Program-made: the position numbers and the translations under genes | Part shown: positions 28,570-31,640 of the stretch, in pieces | Layout of the letters: every line of letters starts with the position of its first letter | Position numbering within the stretch: position 1 is the first letter of the stretch | The notes under the pieces: generated by a model | The model's database searches: none | What the model saw: the letters and a program-made list of their open reading frames with translations, nothing else | What the model was told of the DNA's origin: nothing | Assembly: GCA_039679675.1 (NCBI GenBank) | Contig: JBDKUN010000038.1 | Span: 1-31,640, forward strand | Source of the DNA: Armatimonadota bacterium | GTDB lineage: Bacteria > Armatimonadota > UBA5829 > DTLH01 | DNA length: 31,640 nucleotides | Direction of reading: 5' to 3'

Positions 28570-28598
28570 TTGACCGGTTCGTAGGCAGGAGTTACAAT
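28570..28598 (+). promoter_or_regulatory. Sigma70-type promoter for dxs
   Basis: TTGACC-N17-TACAAT. Confidence 0.65.
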
Positions 28599-28721
28599 TA
28601 AAGAGCTTCGGGTATCACCTGAAATTCTTAAGATATTTTCGGCAATAATAGATATACAATTGGTCTTTAGCTAAACAGCCGAAAATCTGTAGGTTGAATA
28701 TTTAGAGAGTCGATATTTTGC

Positions 28722-30629
28722 ATGTTGTTAGACCGCATAAAGACACCTTCCGACCTTAAGGGCCTCAGCCAGAGCGAGTTGGCAGTCCTCGCAGAGGAAA
28801 TGAGGCAAAAAATAATCACCACTGTCTCTCGTAATGGTGGGCACCTTGCTTCGAATCTCGGTGTTGTTGAGCTTACTATAGCGCTCCACTCCGTTTTTAA
28901 TTCTCCGCAGGACAAAATACTCTGGGACGTAAGCCATCAATCATATCCGCATAAACTGTTGACTGGCCGTGCCGGTAAGTTTTCGACGCTCCGTCAGAAA
29001 GACGGGCTCAGCGGGTTTATGCGGCGTGATGAATCAGAGTATGATGCGTTCGGATCGGGTCATGCCAGTACATCCATATCCGCGGCGCTCGGGCTGGCAA
29101 AAGCCCGCGATCTAAGAGGCGGAAAAGAGTCAGTCATCGCAGTAATAGGCGACGGCGCGATGACCGGAGGCTTGGCATTCGAGGGACTGAATAATGCCCA
29201 GGACCTCAATACGGATGTGATTGTTGTTCTCAATGACAACGAAATGTCTATTGCGGAGAACGTAACGGCTCTTTCCTACCATCTTGCAAAGCTGAGGATG
29301 GCTCCGCTTTACCGCAGCCTGGAGAGCAGGGCAAAAAGCACCCTTGAAAAGCATCCATTGGGTAAGCATCTTACACGTACCGCCGAGGGACTCAGCCACG
29401 GTGTCACTCACCTTTTCGGATCAAAAACAGGTGTTATGTTCGAGGAATTCGGCTTTCAATACCTGGGCCCAATTGACGGCCACAATATCGCCCTTCTAAA
29501 AGAAGTGTTAGAAAATGCGAAAAAGTTACACGGGCCGGTATTGGTGCATGTGTTGACTGTAAAGGGCAAGGGCTATGATTTTGCTGAAGCGAACTCCAGG
29601 AGGTTCCACGGGATTCCACCGTTTACCATATCCGACGGCAAGATAGAAAAGGGAAACGGGTATGTGGCATTCAAACAGGCGTTTCAGGAGACGCTTATCG
29701 AGCTTGCGGAAGAAGACCCAAGGATTGTGGCTATCACTGCCGCAATGCCTGATGGTACCGGGCTCGCTGCATTCTCTGAAAAGTTCCCCGGCCGGTTTTA
29801 TGATGTCGGTATAGCTGAAGAGCACGCCGTAACCTTTGCAGCCGGCCTTGCAGCGGGAGGTATGAGGCCAGTAGTAGCCATCTACTCTACATTCCTGCAG
29901 AGAGCATACGATCAGATTGTACATGATGTCTGTCTTCAGCACCTCCCTGTCGTATTTGCAATCGACAGAGCTGGCCTCGTAGGGGAAGACGGACCTACGC
30001 ATCACGGAGTCTTCGATCTTTCGTATCTGCGGCATATTCCTGGCTTGACCGTTGTAGCACCGCGCGATACGAATGAACTCAGAGATGTACTTGCCACAGC
30101 CCTTACTCATGACGGCCCTATCGCCATCCGCTATCCGCGAGGCGGAGGCCCGACCGAGTATCTCCGAAAACCACCGTCAGTACTGTCCATAGGCCAGTCC
30201 GAAGAGATGCGCCCCGGAGATGACCTGTGCATAATCGCAGTCGGGACTGCCGTGTATCAGTCAATAGAGGTCGCCAAAGCACTGGCTGAGGAAGGTTATA
30301 ATGTCGGGGTAATTAATGCCAGGTTCGTCAAGCCACTGGACGAACAGGCCATTCTTGATGCCGCAAAACGCTGCGGACGGCTTATTATAGTCGAGGATAA
30401 TACGACGCTCGGAGGGTTCGGTTCCGCAGTTCTCGAACTTCTTGCATCAAAAGGCATTACAGCCTATGTGAAGCTGTTGGGAATGTGTGACAAGTTCATT
30501 GAACACGGATCGCTGAAGTCGCTCAAGCGGATAGTAGGTTTGAATGCAGACGGCATTGCAAACACCGCGCGAGAGATGCTTCAAACGAAAACTTCATATA
30601 CTGCGGGAACGGAAGGAATACGTCCATAA
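28722..30629 (+). CDS. dxs: 1-deoxy-D-xylulose-5-phosphate synthase
   Basis: GGHLASNLGVVEL, HQSYPHKLLTGR, GDGAMTGG..EGLNN, DVGIAEEHA, DRAGLVGEDGPTHHG. Confidence 0.98.
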   Translation: MLLDRIKTPSDLKGLSQSELAVLAEEMRQKIITTVSRNGGHLASNLGVVELTIALHSVFNSPQDKILWDVSHQSYPHKLLTGRAGKFSTLRQKDGLSGFMRRDESEYDAFGSGHASTSISAALGLAKARDLRGGKESVIAVIGDGAMTGGLAFEGLNNAQDLNTDVIVVLNDNEMSIAENVTALSYHLAKLRMAPLYRSLESRAKSTLEKHPLGKHLTRTAEGLSHGVTHLFGSKTGVMFEEFGFQYLGPIDGHNIALLKEVLENAKKLHGPVLVHVLTVKGKGYDFAEANSRRFHGIPPFTISDGKIEKGNGYVAFKQAFQETLIELAEEDPRIVAITAAMPDGTGLAAFSEKFPGRFYDVGIAEEHAVTFAAGLAAGGMRPVVAIYSTFLQRAYDQIVHDVCLQHLPVVFAIDRAGLVGEDGPTHHGVFDLSYLRHIPGLTVVAPRDTNELRDVLATALTHDGPIAIRYPRGGGPTEYLRKPPSVLSIGQSEEMRPGDDLCIIAVGTAVYQSIEVAKALAEEGYNVGVINARFVKPLDEQAILDAAKRCGRLIIVEDNTTLGGFGSAVLELLASKGITAYVKLLGMCDKFIEHGSLKSLKRIVGLNADGIANTAREMLQTKTSYTAGTEGIRP

Positions 30630-30672
30630 TACGATTATCTGCAGCATAGTTCCCGCAGTATATGTGTATATG

Positions 30673-31434
30673 CTATAAAGTGGCTTTTTTGAATAATTCC
30701 GGCAGCGCTTTTCCCGCTGGTTCGGATATCCAGAATGATGCGTATTGTGTCAAATTACTCTGAGATGGGTTCACGTCTACGATTATCGCTCCGTTCGCCC
30801 TGGCGTATTGCGCAAATCCGTATCCGCCGGATACTTCGCCTGATGTGCCCACAATCAGCATCAGTTCGCAGTTTGCAGAGCTTTCAATAGACTTCATCAT
30901 CGGTTCCTGAGGGACAAGTTCTCCGAACCAAACGATATTTGGCCTGCAAATCCCGTCGCATCCCGCACATTTCGGCAGCGTCTCCACCGTGAACTCATCA
31001 GGGAAGCTCCTATTGCGTAGATCGAACACTCTTCCGCAGTCCATGCACCGCATCTGCATTGCATCGCCGTGCAATTTGACCATTCTGCGGCTTCCTGCTC
31101 TCTCATGCAGATCGTCTACATTCTGCGTAGAGAGCAGATATTCGGGATAATACTCTTCCATCCGCGCAAGTGTTATATGCGCCGGGTTTGGCTGTGCTTC
31201 ACAGATCTGGCGATGCCTCATCAAATACATATTCCAAACCCGCACGGGGTCTTTCGTAAATGCTTCGAGCGTCGCAAGCGTCATAGGATCATACTTTTTC
31301 CATAGGCCATCGTCATCACGGAATGTAGGCAGCCCTGACTCTTTGCTTATGCCCGCTCCTGTGAAGACAAAGACTCTCTTTGCACTCTGAAGTATCCCGA
31401 TAAGTTCGTTATTATCTGGTTCTACGTGTTTCAT
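30673..31434 (-). CDS. cobB: NAD-dependent protein deacylase (sirtuin)
   Basis: GAGISKESGLPTFR, TQNVDDLHERAG, HG, two CxxC, RPNIVWFGE, GTSG. GGGAG precedes ATG 31434. Confidence 0.95.
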   Translation of the reverse strand: MKHVEPDNNELIGILQSAKRVFVFTGAGISKESGLPTFRDDDGLWKKYDPMTLATLEAFTKDPVRVWNMYLMRHRQICEAQPNPAHITLARMEEYYPEYLLSTQNVDDLHERAGSRRMVKLHGDAMQMRCMDCGRVFDLRNRSFPDEFTVETLPKCAGCDGICRPNIVWFGELVPQEPMMKSIESSANCELMLIVGTSGEVSGGYGFAQYARANGAIIVDVNPSQSNLTQYASFWISEPAGKALPELFKKATL

Positions 31435-31480
31435 ATTATATCTCCCAATATAGAGGGTTGCCATTACTAGAACTCTTTAG

Positions 31481-31509
31481 ATTATAGCCCTCAAAGGTGG
31501 CTAACTCAA
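31481..31509 (-). promoter_or_regulatory. Sigma70-type promoter for cobB
   Basis: TTGAGT-N17-TATAAT. Confidence 0.7.
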
Positions 31510-31516
31510 CATCGCG

Positions 31517-31580
31517 CGTTGCCTCATCTAAAATCGTACCGAAAGTGATTCGTTGCCTCATTTAAGAATCGTACCGAAAG
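31517..31580. repeat. Tandem imperfect direct repeat (29 and 30 nt)
   Basis: CGTTGCCTCATCTAA-AATCGTACCGAAAG (31517-45) and CGTTGCCTCATTTAAGAATCGTACCGAAAG (31551-80). Confidence 0.92.
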
Positions 31581-31621
31581 GTTGATATGCCGATGCTGTT
31601 TTTGTAGGAGGAAACGCATCG

Positions 31622-31640
31622 ATGACCCAGCAAGCAAAGG
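31622..31640 (+). CDS. Probable 5' end of a gene running off the window (MTQQAK...)
   Basis: AGGAGG SD lies 10 nt before ATG 31622. Confidence 0.55.

Noticed and set aside
31517..31580. CRISPR array
   Set aside because: Only two units with a 5-nt gap, no spacer-length sequence and no cas genes.

Overview
A 31.6-kb chromosomal window from a bacterium. An Armatimonadota-like origin is only a guess from protein style. No transposase, integrase, prophage or CRISPR array was seen. Left to right: (i) a ~128-bp non-coding element that recurs in inverted orientation at 28.3 kb, then a GEMM-I (c-di-GMP-I family) riboswitch with A at the ligand-specifying position 20 controlling a 64-aa orphan protein; (ii) a six-gene minus-strand operon: degenerate M28/PA-FtsX fusion, OPT-like membrane protein, unknown two-repeat protein, stand-alone PqqD/RRE, SLBB-like FtsX permease and ABC ATPase; (iii) a secreted CBM9/Ig-like protein, a MASE3-GAF-PP2C phosphatase, tRNA-Arg(TCT) and tRNA-His(GTG); (iv) a pfkB-mtlD-lyxose isomerase sugar operon, lexA with a candidate new SOS box (TAGAC-N4-GTCTA) and a STAS anti-anti-sigma; (v) an HtrA with four PDZ domains followed by two catalytically degenerate trypsin-like paralogs; (vi) a coupled ATP-grasp ligase, KamA-family radical SAM aminomutase and glutaredoxin operon; (vii) a DUF5666-like protein, M14 peptidase, dxs, cobB and a tandem ~30-bp direct repeat. 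The best candidates for undescribed systems are the PqqD/pseudo-peptidase ABC operon, the ATP-grasp/KamA/Grx operon and the repeated non-coding element. All calls come from reading motifs by eye; no database searches were run.
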